Source of the DNA: Dehalococcoidia bacterium
GTDB lineage: Bacteria > Chloroflexota > Dehalococcoidia > UBA6926
DNA: 64,000 nucleotides
Assembly (NCBI GenBank): GCA_965205915.1
Contig: OZ242191.1
Location: 1,455,725 to 1,519,724 of the forward strand
Direction of reading: 5' to 3'
The position numbers were made by a program, and so were the translations under genes. Under the pieces are notes generated by a model, which saw nothing but the letters and a program-made list of their open reading frames with translations, made no database searches and was not told the DNA's origin. Positions 11,050 through 20,496 of the stretch are shown piece by piece (the first letter of the stretch is position 1; each line of letters opens with the position of its first letter).

Positions 11050-11880
11050 CTATTCCACTTCGTCGTCGGAACCGAGGGAGTCAACGAAGTCAGGCGGGCC
11101 CTCCAGGGCGACGTCTCTGAGGTGCTTTTTAAGGTCCCTGGTCATTTGACGAAATGTGATGGCTGTCACACCGGCCGATGCCACTGCGCCGGCGACGGGG
11201 ATGAGTTTGGCGACTCCTCGTCCAAAGGACTGCCGTGTCACCTTAATCCCAACTTGCTCAGCCACCTTCTTGACGAGCGGGTAATACCACGATTCTGCCA
11301 GACCCATCCTGGGCACGTATTTGGCTGCCCCCTTACCAAATTGAGAGGCAGTCAATCCCAATACTTTATTGGCTATCACAACACCATGAAGCGATCCGAG
11401 AATCAGGATTAGCCGGCCCTCCGTTTCCTCATCCAACTGCAATTCGCCTTCCGGAAAGAGGTCTGGCCACCCATAGAGATAGGCCAATTTCTGCGAGCAA
11501 ACCAGAGCGTGCCAATAGAACTGCGCAAGGTCTACCGGGATAGTGGCTGCCATCGCTAATCCGCCGGGGAGGCCGGTCACAGCGGAGGCCCCGGCTGTCA
11601 CTAGCAGGTGATTCCTTATGGCGGAATCCGCCTGCTTGTCCAGGAACTCTATGGGCACACCGGCATCAATCGGGTTCGTCTCAATTGCCAAATCGATGTC
11701 GATGCCGGTAGGAGCGCTTTCGTGACTAAACCCGTCCCTCAGATAGCTCTCACGGTTGACCCTTAAGCCGGGGATTCTCCCTGCCGCGGCAATCAGGCTG
11801 CGCACGACGGCTTGCAGTCGACCATCATCCCATTCACCGTTGCCTGAATCCACAAGTCGAGCGTCGTCCGAATCGTCCAT
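11050..11880 (-). CDS. EcsC-like protein, copy 1
   Basis: GLPGGLAMAATIPVDLAQFYWH...QKLAYLYGWP; start re-called to MDDSDD. Confidence 0.75.
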   Translation of the reverse strand: MDDSDDARLVDSGNGEWDDGRLQAVVRSLIAAAGRIPGLRVNRESYLRDGFSHESAPTGIDIDLAIETNPIDAGVPIEFLDKQADSAIRNHLLVTAGASAVTGLPGGLAMAATIPVDLAQFYWHALVCSQKLAYLYGWPDLFPEGELQLDEETEGRLILILGSLHGVVIANKVLGLTASQFGKGAAKYVPRMGLAESWYYPLVKKVAEQVGIKVTRQSFGRGVAKLIPVAGAVASAGVTAITFRQMTRDLKKHLRDVALEGPPDFVDSLGSDDEVE

Positions 11881-12112
11881 GTTTCGTCCCCCGTCGCGTC
11901 TAATCCACAGTGTGCAATCGACTAACACTACAACAACGGGCGAAGAGGGCAAAACTGCCAATATGGGAAGAGCCGGGCCTGGCAGCTCCACCCACCCCCC
12001 GGACATACCGATATAGGCAAACCGCGGCCTCACGTCCCAAACAAGACTTGGAGAGTGGTACGATCCACATCTGCGCCACTACCAGCCGGACGTCAAGAGA
12101 GAAGGTTCCCCC

Positions 12113-12820
12113 ATGGCTACATTCCTTACCACAGAAGACATAGTAAGCCACCTTCACAAGATCATCGAGCAAGCCGCCGGAGAGCTTATCCTCATCAGTC
12201 CTTATATCGATGCGGACGACGAGACCATGAATCGACTCAGGGACAAAGCCGGTAAGACTGCCATTCATGTGGTCTATAGGTACAAGAAATCCACAAAGAG
12301 ACCCAACTTAAACCCAGATGATAGAGCCTTCTTTGACTCGATCGGCGCAAGGGTTTCCTCCCTCAAGGATCTCCATACCAAATGCTATCTGAACCAGAAA
12401 GAGGCATTGGTGACATCAATGAACCTCTACAGGTACTCACAGGAAAACAACGACGAGATGGGGATACTGGTTTCGAAACAGGACGATTCGGTGTTGTATG
12501 AGGCCATTTATCGGGAGGCCAACCGCTTGGGGGGTGCAACCGATGAGCTGTCTACGGCAAGAAAGCGTGAGCCAACGAGGATATACGTCGGAAACCTTAA
12601 CTTTCAGGCCTCAGATCAAGATCTCCAAGAGCTCTTTTCGCAGCACGGCGAGGTCGCGTATGCGCAAATCGAGATCGACAGGTACAGTATGCGCTCCCGC
12701 GGGTTTGGGTTTGTTGAGATGCCCAACGGCTCTGAGGCCGCAGCTGCCATGTCTGCCCTGAAGGGCCAAGAGTATCAAGGCCGCCAGCTTTCCGTCAACG
12801 AAGTAACCGAACGCCGCTAA
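12113..12820 (+). CDS. PLD-family (HxK) nuclease domain fused to a C-terminal RRM RNA-binding domain
   Basis: LISPY, LHTKCY...TSMNL...EMGI; RNP2 IYVGNL and RNP1 RGFGFVEM. Confidence 0.85.
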   Translation: MATFLTTEDIVSHLHKIIEQAAGELILISPYIDADDETMNRLRDKAGKTAIHVVYRYKKSTKRPNLNPDDRAFFDSIGARVSSLKDLHTKCYLNQKEALVTSMNLYRYSQENNDEMGILVSKQDDSVLYEAIYREANRLGGATDELSTARKREPTRIYVGNLNFQASDQDLQELFSQHGEVAYAQIEIDRYSMRSRGFGFVEMPNGSEAAAAMSALKGQEYQGRQLSVNEVTERR

Positions 12821-12888
12821 GGCGTAAGAGAGCGCCCCGACTGACAGCCGCGCTGATTTGCGAAGGTGAGAGCGCGCAGACTGATGCC

Positions 12889-13816
12889 ATGACTGTCCGG
12901 CGCTACTCCGTTGTGTTGGGGGCAACCGCCGTCGCTACGCTCCTCGTGGCGACGGCGGCAGCAACTCTGATGATGTCCAGCACAAATTGGATGGATGATA
13001 ACAAAGGGCTGGGGGACATTGGTGGATGGGCCGTCCTGTTTATTGTCAGGGCACTCTTCGTTCCCGTCATGCTATTCGTAGCGGTGCGGGCCGGGTGTCG
13101 CGCCATCAAAATCGCATGGAGGCGGGGTGAAGGGTTTCCGCCGACGGCGAACTCGGCCATCAGATATTTCGGTGTGATGGCTCTGTACATCCCTCTGGGC
13201 AAGTGCTAGCTCTCGACACGCTGTTGCTGTTAGAGGCCTTCCTTTATCCATTGCCGGTGCTGCTCCTGTTGGTGGCCACTATTCTTACGACCAGTAAGAA
13301 TGGACGGTTGCCGGGGCCTCCGGTTGTGGCGCCACGCGTGGCCGTCATACTTGTGGCCGTGGCCTGGATGGTCGTGATCGGAGCAAGCGCGGCCTATGCG
13401 CAGTTTGTTCTGGCGGGAAACGCGATAGAACAGTGTTTTGCCGGGGAATGCCCGCCTGAACGAACCGTTGGCGCGATGGCCTTTATGGCCGCCGCCGCAA
13501 CGGTGACTGCCGTTGCGGTCCTGTTGAGTTTGCGTAAACCCACGGGGATGACACGGTTGGGCATCATCGGCGCAGTGGCATTTGCATGCCTCACGCTCCT
13601 ATTCCCGACCACCATCATGCCGTCGTTTGTCATGCCATACTACGCCTTTGTGCCCGGTTTCTTCTACGGGGTCGCCGCAGGCGCATTCCTGATTGTCGCT
13701 GTTGCTCGCAAGGAAGAGGACCCATTTCAGTTCGCAACCGCCCAGCCAACCCGGACCTCACCGATGTCCCACACCCCGTCCCGCAACTCCGCCCGCCGCC
13801 GGATGTGCCGATTTAA
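12889..13816 (+). pseudogene. Multi-pass membrane protein, copy 2, split across three frames
   Basis: 12889-13209, 13203-~13750 and a terminal VPQLRPPPDVPI segment in a third frame together parallel 10108-11019. Confidence 0.65.
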
Positions 13817-13833
13817 AAGGGGATGTGCGCGGT

Positions 13834-14670
13834 CTATTCCGCGCTCTCGGGAGCTTCACTCGCGCTGGCAAGGTCTATCGTTTCTCCCAAGGCGGCGTTT
13901 CGAAGATGTTCCTTCAGGTTCTTGGTCATCTGGCGAAACGTGTATGCGGTTACACCACCTGATGCGACGGCGCCTACGATTGGAATCACCTTCGCAACTG
14001 ACCTGCCGAACGATTGCCGCGTGACCGTGATGCCGACTTGTGACGCGACGCTCTTGATGAGCGGGTAGTACCACGAGCTTGCCAAACCTGTTCGCGGCAG
14101 GTACTTCGCGGCGCTCTTGCCAAGTTGGGCGGCGGTGAATGACATTCCCTTGTTGACCACTTCAATGCCGTGGAGCGCGCCCAAGAGCAGGATTAGGCGG
14201 GCTTCCGTCTCCTCATCCAATTCCAGCTCACCATCGGGAAAGAGGTCGGGCCAACCGTACAGATAAGCCAACTCCTGCGCGCATACCAGGGAGTGCCAAT
14301 AGAACTGAGCGAGATCAGCGGGGATTGTGGCCGCCATCAACAGGCCGCCGGGAATCCCCGTGAGCGCTGAGACGCCTGATGCAGCCACGAGGTGCTTTCT
14401 GCCAATGGCATCGGCGCGCTCGTCCAAGACGTGCATCGGCACGCCGGCCTCGATCGGGCTGTTGTGAATAACCGCCGCTACAGTAATTCCCTCTTCGAAC
14501 GTGAAAGAACCAAGTTGGTTGCGCAGAAAATCGTCGCGATTGACCTTAAAGCCGGGAATCTTCATCGCTGCAACCATGAGGCTTCGCACCACCAATTGCA
14601 GTCGACCCTCCTCGGGCTCAGTTTCCGTTGAATCGTCCGATCGAGCGTCGTCAGTGGTAGTCATGCTCAT
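13834..14670 (-). CDS. EcsC-like protein, copy 2
   Basis: Clear paralog of 11050-11880 (LAYLYGWPDLFP, VTRQSFGR). Confidence 0.78.
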   Translation of the reverse strand: MSMTTTDDARSDDSTETEPEEGRLQLVVRSLMVAAMKIPGFKVNRDDFLRNQLGSFTFEEGITVAAVIHNSPIEAGVPMHVLDERADAIGRKHLVAASGVSALTGIPGGLLMAATIPADLAQFYWHSLVCAQELAYLYGWPDLFPDGELELDEETEARLILLLGALHGIEVVNKGMSFTAAQLGKSAAKYLPRTGLASSWYYPLIKSVASQVGITVTRQSFGRSVAKVIPIVGAVASGGVTAYTFRQMTKNLKEHLRNAALGETIDLASASEAPESAE

Positions 14671-14773
14671 GCCCTCGTCTCGGCGTTTATGTGGTTTGCA
14701 ACTCCGTCATCCTACGGGCGATGTGTCGGGCGCCGCAACCTATTCCGCAGCCGAGTCCCCTCGCGAACCTATA

Positions 14774-14827
14774 TCAGACGAAGCCTGCTCCCCCCTCAAT
14801 CAGCGCCAACTCCGCGTCCGGGTCCGC
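14774..14827 (-). repeat. Displaced portal-gene 3' tail (ADPDAELALIEGGAGFV*)
   Basis: 14797-14824 identical over 28 bp to 16331-16358 within the portal gene end. Confidence 0.92.
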
Positions 14828-14919
14828 CCCACCCGAACCGGTGCCACAACTCCGCCCGCCGCCGGACGCGGTGATCTGGCATAAGGGGCGCGAACAGCGG
14901 GGTACTATCAAGTGAACTC

Positions 14920-15390
14920 CTAAGGCTCTCTCAACTGAGGGAAGTAGAGGGCCGCGTTCTCATCCTGTTCGAGCGCCGCGAGATAGAGTTGTAGGTCATC
15001 AGTCACTAGCGGACGGTCAGGGTTGATGACCGTCAACAGCGCTGCATCGGTGAGTCCGAGCCCGATGAATTCCTCCCTGAGCGAGGCTTCCGCGCTGGGC
15101 ACAACAATCTCGATAGTCGTTTCTATCGCCCGATGAAACTCCTCAAGCAATTCCCGTCTCTGAGGCTCTCCGTGTTGTGCGACGAGGTTGCTCGCTTCTG
15201 TAAGTGTGTTCGGTGTTGCAAATACCACTCCCGTTTGGGCCAAAAGGGCTGCAAGGATATCGAAATCGTCAGGAGTGAAGGAGCTTAGCCTCCTGTGGCG
15301 CCCAATCAACTGCCTGTCCAAAGAGCCCACAACCATCAAAACGAGCAGGTTGGAATCAATGAAGACGCCGCGACGCTGCCCGGAGTTCAA
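14920..15390 (-). CDS. PIN-domain protein (putative toxin)
   Basis: FIDSNLL, TPNTLTEASN, GLTDAA, VTDD; overlaps the upstream partner by 4 bp. Confidence 0.82.
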   Translation of the reverse strand: MNSGQRRGVFIDSNLLVLMVVGSLDRQLIGRHRRLSSFTPDDFDILAALLAQTGVVFATPNTLTEASNLVAQHGEPQRRELLEEFHRAIETTIEIVVPSAEASLREEFIGLGLTDAALLTVINPDRPLVTDDLQLYLAALEQDENAALYFPQLREP

Positions 15391-15680
15391 CTGATTGTTT
15401 CAGGAAGGGCGCGGTCCGTCACAGCCACAATCTGGCTGGTATCGTCATCGATCATGACCATCTTGTACGTTCTTGGCGAACGTGACTTGAAGAGTTGATT
15501 GACCAGAGGAGCGTCCTGCTCCCATGGGCGGGCAAATCCGATGGTGATCTTCCAACGCTTGGCATCCGGGTCGTGGACAACCTCTTCCAACCCGACGTTG
15601 ACTATTCCCTCGTCCTCGAAGAGTTCTTGAATCTGATTCTTGGCGATTTCCACCGCCCTCTTGACGTACAGATTTGCCAT
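15387..15680 (-). CDS. Small partner of the PIN protein (putative antitoxin)
   Basis: 97 aa, LEEV...WKITIGF; AGAAGG RBS; coupled to the PIN gene. Confidence 0.7.
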   Translation of the reverse strand: MANLYVKRAVEIAKNQIQELFEDEGIVNVGLEEVVHDPDAKRWKITIGFARPWEQDAPLVNQLFKSRSPRTYKMVMIDDDTSQIVAVTDRALPETIS

Positions 15681-15736
15681 ACTTCCTTCTCCTACAGACA
15701 ACATTGTACCGTCAGTTCGCAGCACAGGATGGGAGT

Positions 15737-15835
15737 CTAATCCTTTTCGGTGTCGGTAAAAGAGGCGGCAGCATCCCCGGCTGTCAGCGCCAGTTCTGCC
15801 TCCGCGTCCGGGATGCCGAAGCGGGACATGGCGGT
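15737..15835 (-). repeat. Displaced, diverged portal-gene 3' tail (TAMSRFGIPDAEAELALTAGD...KD*)
   Basis: Translates to a homolog of the portal C-terminus TAMARFGVQDPDAELALIGG. Confidence 0.88.
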
Positions 15836-15859
15836 GCTTTATCGCCGTATACTGTCTGC

Positions 15860-16246
15860 ATGATGAATGGATACGGTAGAACATACGTTCAACAGGGACG
15901 GGCCTATCTCACGCAGGCCTATGAGGAGCTTGCGCGCGGGGATCTCTCACAGGCGGCGGAGAAAGGCTGGGGCGCAGCGGCGCAGCTGGTGAAGGCCGCC
16001 GCCGATGAGCGCGGCCTGCCGCACGATAGCCACGGCCTGCTCTTTCGCGCCGTTGGCGTTTTGAGCGAGGAGGAGGACGGCGACGTTATTCGCCGGGGGT
16101 TTGACGTCGCGAGTGGACTCCATGTCAATTACTATGAGGGAGGCGCAGCGGCGGTAAACATCCGCGCAAGCCTGCAGGACGTCGAAGCGCTTGTGGAGAA
16201 AATCGAAAGCATGCTTAACGGACGCAGCGGGACTCCAGTTTCTTAG
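15860..16246 (+). CDS. PaREP1/HEPN-like protein, second copy
   Basis: QAAEKGWGAAAQLVKA...SH...LHVNYYE; TATACT 6 nt before ATG. Confidence 0.85.
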   Translation: MMNGYGRTYVQQGRAYLTQAYEELARGDLSQAAEKGWGAAAQLVKAAADERGLPHDSHGLLFRAVGVLSEEEDGDVIRRGFDVASGLHVNYYEGGAAAVNIRASLQDVEALVEKIESMLNGRSGTPVS

Positions 16247-16313
16247 CGTCCTCCTAACAATTTCAGAGCAGACACGGCGCGCTTAATCAACACCTCGGCG
16301 ACATGTGGCGCGC

Positions 16314-17651
16314 CTACTTGCCCTCCCCCCCAATCAGCGCCAACTCCGCGTCCGGGTCTTGGACGCCGAATCTTGCCATCGCCGTTCGCTTGGAGCGGAG
16401 GCCGCTGCGGACGAGTTCGATCTCCTGTCGAGCGATCTGCGCCTGATCCTGTGGCAGGATCGCGCCCCACTCGATGGCCGTGCGATAGGGGGCGAGTCGC
16501 TCTCCGGTTTTCTGCTCGTGGATTCGCAGGGCGATCTCATTGCGCTTTCTGTACGCCGCCGCGCGGATGAGCCTCTTTCGTCGCAGCTTGTGGAGCAGGG
16601 GATGTAGCTCCATCTCCAACGCGACCCCGGACAGCCCCTGCCGATTGTCGCCAAATGCGATGCGTGGCGTCTCCGAGAGGTCATGCAACGTGCGGTAGAT
16701 CGCGTTCACGTAGTCGATATGCAGTTGAACGCCGCCGCCTTGCAGCAGGTCCAGCAGGTAGGCTTTCGCGCGATCCGGCAACTCCCACACCGCGCCCGGC
16801 TGAATGGCGATGTCCTGCGACTGATCGACGTTCTCCAAGACGGCGATGGGGTTGCCGGAGAGTTCAAGGATCGTCGAAAGCTGCGATAGGGCGCGGTTGA
16901 GTTCGCGTATTGGCTCCACCATCGCCGGAATATCGGACACGCCCCAGAACTGCTTGGGCGCGCGGATGTTGGGATAGACGACGAACGGAATCAGCCCGTA
17001 TGGGTTGGCCTCGTCGCGCACGAGTATGTCGCCCGCATAGAGCTGGAAGCGCTTCTCGCCCCAAACCTCCGTGACGGTGACGCGCGCCTGGGAGCCTCCG
17101 CGCGCCGGCGGCCTGATTCCGTGCAGTTCACGCGCCTCATCAGTGTCCAGGGAGTACCGGGAGGCGACGCGGCGTATGCGATTGACGTCATCACCCACCC
17201 ACCAGCAATGCAGCCCCTGAACGTCCGGCGCGGTGATGCGGATGCCGCCGCGCTCATCGTCCCACGTGATCTTGTACGCGCCATCGCCCATAACGGCGGT
17301 ATCGATCTCTGTATCGAAATCGAGTTGGTCAAGGGAGTTGGTCTCGGCGATGTCCGCGAGCAAACCCTCCGCCCGCCGCGCCCGCTCCTGCTCCCCCGGC
17401 GACGCATCGGCGGGCGGCACGGTGGAGCGGATATCGGCCATCAGGTAGGACGTGACCTTTTCCACGGCGGCCTTGGCATAGTTGAAAGTGAGACGGCGCT
17501 CCCGACCCCGCGCCCGGCCCGGCCAGTGCTCGCCGTCATAGAAAGCCAAGTTGCGACGATAGCGCTCGCGCCTTTCCGCGTCCCGCTTGTCCAGCGAGGA
17601 CGGAACGAACGCCCCGCTACCCTGTGACTGCCCGCTCTGCGTTGTCGTCAT
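16314..17651 (-). CDS. Phage portal protein (SPP1 gp6-like)
   Basis: FYDGEHW, FNYAKAAVEK, NPYGLIPFVVYPN, WGVSDI, SGVAL motifs; downstream of terminase. Confidence 0.88.
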   Translation of the reverse strand: MTTTQSGQSQGSGAFVPSSLDKRDAERRERYRRNLAFYDGEHWPGRARGRERRLTFNYAKAAVEKVTSYLMADIRSTVPPADASPGEQERARRAEGLLADIAETNSLDQLDFDTEIDTAVMGDGAYKITWDDERGGIRITAPDVQGLHCWWVGDDVNRIRRVASRYSLDTDEARELHGIRPPARGGSQARVTVTEVWGEKRFQLYAGDILVRDEANPYGLIPFVVYPNIRAPKQFWGVSDIPAMVEPIRELNRALSQLSTILELSGNPIAVLENVDQSQDIAIQPGAVWELPDRAKAYLLDLLQGGGVQLHIDYVNAIYRTLHDLSETPRIAFGDNRQGLSGVALEMELHPLLHKLRRKRLIRAAAYRKRNEIALRIHEQKTGERLAPYRTAIEWGAILPQDQAQIARQEIELVRSGLRSKRTAMARFGVQDPDAELALIGGEGK

Positions 17652-18052
17652 GGCGTTTCCTCTCTCCTCTTCCCGGTATCAGGCTCGATATGCGTCCGTG
17701 CTGACTTCAGTGCGCGAAAAATGGTGCGCGGCCCAACGCTGAATTGCGCGGCGATGGCCGCGATGGTCAGTCCCTCCTTGACTCGCGCCTCGACGATAGC
17801 CTTGTCGCGCATGAGGAGTTTCTGCCGGCTGGAAACGGGCGGCTCATCGTACCGGCAGCGCGGGTAGGGGCACTCAAGCGAGCGCGTGCAATCATCCCCG
17901 CAGCCGCGATCGATGTAGAGAGTGTCCTCCGGGAGGTGATCCCCCCGGCCCGCTCCGCTCCGCTGTGTGAGTGGTATCTCCAGCCGGTCAACGCTGTTCA
18001 GCTTGCGGGGAACGGGGGGCGGCGCGATACGTTGCGGCGAGTCTATTGTCAT
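17648..18052 (-). CDS. Cys-rich N-terminal / C-terminal HTH DNA-binding protein
   Basis: GCGDDC...CPYPRCRYD; GLTIAAIAAQFSVGPRTIFRAL HTH; ATGA overlap with portal. Confidence 0.75.
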   Translation of the reverse strand: MTIDSPQRIAPPPVPRKLNSVDRLEIPLTQRSGAGRGDHLPEDTLYIDRGCGDDCTRSLECPYPRCRYDEPPVSSRQKLLMRDKAIVEARVKEGLTIAAIAAQFSVGPRTIFRALKSARTHIEPDTGKRREETP

Positions 18053-18092
18053 GCCGGGACCTCCTGCGTGGGATTGAAATAGACGGGATTAC

Positions 18093-19556
18093 CTAGACCA
18101 GGACGCTTGCCTCCGGAGGATGACGGCCGATCGCCCGTCTCGGCCCGCCCTCGTCCGCGCTCGCGTGGGCAAGTAGAGCAAGCGAGATCAGGAAATCATC
18201 GTGTCCCTCCCGCTCCGGCACGTAGAAGTTCATCGTGCGATTGGCGTTGTGCTCCGCCTGCGCGTGGCGCAACTGATGGCGCATGGCAGTGGACTCCGGC
18301 GACTGATCATGAGAATAGAGGCGCAGGCGACCCGCATTGACGACTGCCAATAGTTCAAAGCCGAGTCGGGATTTTGACTGCTGCGTGAAGACGACGGGCT
18401 GCACGGCCTGCCCCATGCGACGGTGGAGCGTGGCGGCCATCGGCTCGCCGATGCCGGTAGCGTCAACGGCCACGCGGCGCACGCGCCATATGTTCTTGAG
18501 CAGGTCCGTTAGTTGCTCCGTCAGCGCCCCGTGCGGCGCGCCCCGCCATCGATAGTGTTGGACGACACGAATCTGCGGATCGCCGCCATGCTCGGCGGCG
18601 ACCACCTCGCCGATGGTGAGCACCGTCTCATCGCGCGCCACCGCGCCGGACGCGCCCCACTCCGGCTCGGAAATGGCCACCGGCGCGCCGGCGAGATCGA
18701 GACCGGCCACATACACGGCGCCGGGGCGTGGGGTGTCCTGCCGCGCGTGATCTCCCTGCAACTGCGCGAGCTGCCCGCCGTTGAACAGCCGTGTCGTCTC
18801 ATCGAGTGGGAGCAGGGCGTACTGCGTTCGGAACAGGGGGTGCTCCTCGCCGAGCCGCTGACGCTCCGCCTCCACGTATGCCCCGTACGGCGGGTTGTGT
18901 TGGGCAACCTCCTGCCAGTCATAGCGAAAGTGTCGTTTCGCCGCGGTTGGATCGTAGGCGAGATCAGATAGTGCGCTCGGCGCGGAGGCCTTGACCTGTT
19001 CCAGCAGAGAATCACTGCGCCACGCCGTGCCATAGAGGACGGTCGTCGCGTTCTGCGCTGCCGCCATCGGGCGAAAATCGCGGTTGAACTTGTCCGGCGA
19101 GACATCCTGCGCCTCATCGATCTCCAGGAGCAGGTCCGCCGTCTGCCCGACGACATTGGAGGTCGGGTGGGCGCTGAGATACGTCGCGCGGCACCGACCG
19201 ACATGCAGGATGTTGCCCTTTTCGAGGTGGGAGATGCTGCTCAGCCCGTTCTCATCAAGCCGCCGCATGATGCGTTGAATGGAGATCAGGGCCTGTGGCT
19301 GAAACGTCGGGGCGGCCTTGACGATTGATCCACCGCGCGGGGCATTACGCAGCAGCAACACCATCTGCAGATAGGCGGAGAGTTCATTCTTGCCGGCCTG
19401 CCGCGCCATCTCCACGGTGAATGTCAGCCCGCGCCGGTTGAAGACCGAGTCCAGCACGGCCCGCGCCACCTCCGCCTGATACGGACGCAGACGGATGACA
19501 GGCGAGGGCGCGGCGCGGCGGGCCGGTATGGTTCGCGCCTCGGTGACGGCGTTCAT
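18093..19556 (-). CDS. terL: Terminase large subunit (ATPase + RNase H-like nuclease)
   Basis: LRPYQ, Walker A ARQAGKN, Walker B LLEIDEAQ, motif III YGTA, nuclease acidic residues GLDLA, VDATGIG, GHDD. Confidence 0.88.
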   Translation of the reverse strand: MNAVTEARTIPARRAAPSPVIRLRPYQAEVARAVLDSVFNRRGLTFTVEMARQAGKNELSAYLQMVLLLRNAPRGGSIVKAAPTFQPQALISIQRIMRRLDENGLSSISHLEKGNILHVGRCRATYLSAHPTSNVVGQTADLLLEIDEAQDVSPDKFNRDFRPMAAAQNATTVLYGTAWRSDSLLEQVKASAPSALSDLAYDPTAAKRHFRYDWQEVAQHNPPYGAYVEAERQRLGEEHPLFRTQYALLPLDETTRLFNGGQLAQLQGDHARQDTPRPGAVYVAGLDLAGAPVAISEPEWGASGAVARDETVLTIGEVVAAEHGGDPQIRVVQHYRWRGAPHGALTEQLTDLLKNIWRVRRVAVDATGIGEPMAATLHRRMGQAVQPVVFTQQSKSRLGFELLAVVNAGRLRLYSHDQSPESTAMRHQLRHAQAEHNANRTMNFYVPEREGHDDFLISLALLAHASADEGGPRRAIGRHPPEASVLV

Positions 19557-19558
19557 GG

Positions 19559-19894
19559 TCAGATCCCCGCCACGCGCAGGATGGCCTGCAGTGCCACCGT
19601 CCCCACAATCAGCAGGAACAGATCGTTGATGCGCCCTCTCAAGTCTTGCAGTTGCTGCTCAAGCGCCTGCATCTGCTGACGCAGCAGCGCCTCAAACGCC
19701 GTGCTCGGCTCCGTGTCCAGCGTCGGGCGGACATCGGAGGGAGTGGTGGGGGTGGGAACCGATGGCGCGGCGGTGTGATTCCTGACGACGCGACCCAGCA
19801 GACCGCGCAGGGCGTCACGCAATTCCTCCGTTCGATGATGCGCCATTTCTCGCAGCCTCCTCAGCGTGGGTTCCAATGCGTTCTTTGCGGTCAT
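19559..19894 (-). CDS. Coiled-coil protein with C-terminal transmembrane helix
   Basis: QQMQALEQQLQDLRGRIN then LFLLIVGTVALQAIL; coupled on both sides. Confidence 0.72.
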   Translation of the reverse strand: MTAKNALEPTLRRLREMAHHRTEELRDALRGLLGRVVRNHTAAPSVPTPTTPSDVRPTLDTEPSTAFEALLRQQMQALEQQLQDLRGRINDLFLLIVGTVALQAILRVAGI

Positions 19895-20262
19895 GGTTCG
19901 ACCCCCTCGTTTGGATCGGGGAAAATCTGCTCGCTGAGCCCGCGCAGGGTGCCGACAAGGTTGTCGAAGAGGTCCTGCCCCGCCTTGTCCCCAAGCCGGT
20001 GCCGTGCGGCAAGCGTGCGGGAGAGCGTGGCGATGCCTTTCATGAACATGGCGACGTCGTCCGGGCGCTCCTCCAGCGTTGTGAGGATCTTGGTGCGCAG
20101 GACGGCGATCTCCTGGTCGAGCCCATCGACGTTTGTGGCGCGTTTCAGATACTCCGCCTCAGCCTCGGACAACGCCCGCTCGTAGAAGTTGGTCTTTGCC
20201 TTGCCGCGGGGCGGCGTAACGCGATTGAGCGTTTGGCTTCCCTTTGCTTTCTGCTTTGTCAT
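19891..20262 (-). CDS. Putative terminase small subunit-like protein
   Basis: NFYERAL...GLDQEIAVLRTKI resembles TerS oligomerisation segments; position upstream of terL. Confidence 0.55.
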   Translation of the reverse strand: MTKQKAKGSQTLNRVTPPRGKAKTNFYERALSEAEAEYLKRATNVDGLDQEIAVLRTKILTTLEERPDDVAMFMKGIATLSRTLAARHRLGDKAGQDLFDNLVGTLRGLSEQIFPDPNEGVEP

Positions 20263-20452
20263 CGAGAAGAGGAATCCTTTCCGGCGTGTGACGGCGCTTC
20301 TGTCAGTTCGTCCAGCAGGACATCAAGGGTGTCCGGAGGCATCTCACTGATGGCCGTCGCTATGCCCCAGATGAGCGCGAGCGCGGAAAGTTCCGAAAGG
20401 CCGGGCGCTTGTGGGCGTCGAATGGCCTTGAGTGTTATCGGTTGTGTTGCCA
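20259..20452 (-). CDS. Small hypothetical protein
   Basis: GGGAGG RBS before MATQPIT; ATGA overlap with the next gene; start approximate. Confidence 0.55.
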
Positions 20453-20496
20453 TGACATCTCCTCCCTGTTCGTTTGCGCTCTCCATGCCAAGGGGT

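Larger units (their letters stand above)
10988..14866 (+). repeat. Dispersed repeat A, core AACTCCGCCCGCCGCCGGA, at 10988, 13785, 14848 (identical) and 11984 (degenerate)
   Basis: Direct reading; copies 1-3 continue with a similar ccgat(a/t) tail. Confidence 0.9.
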
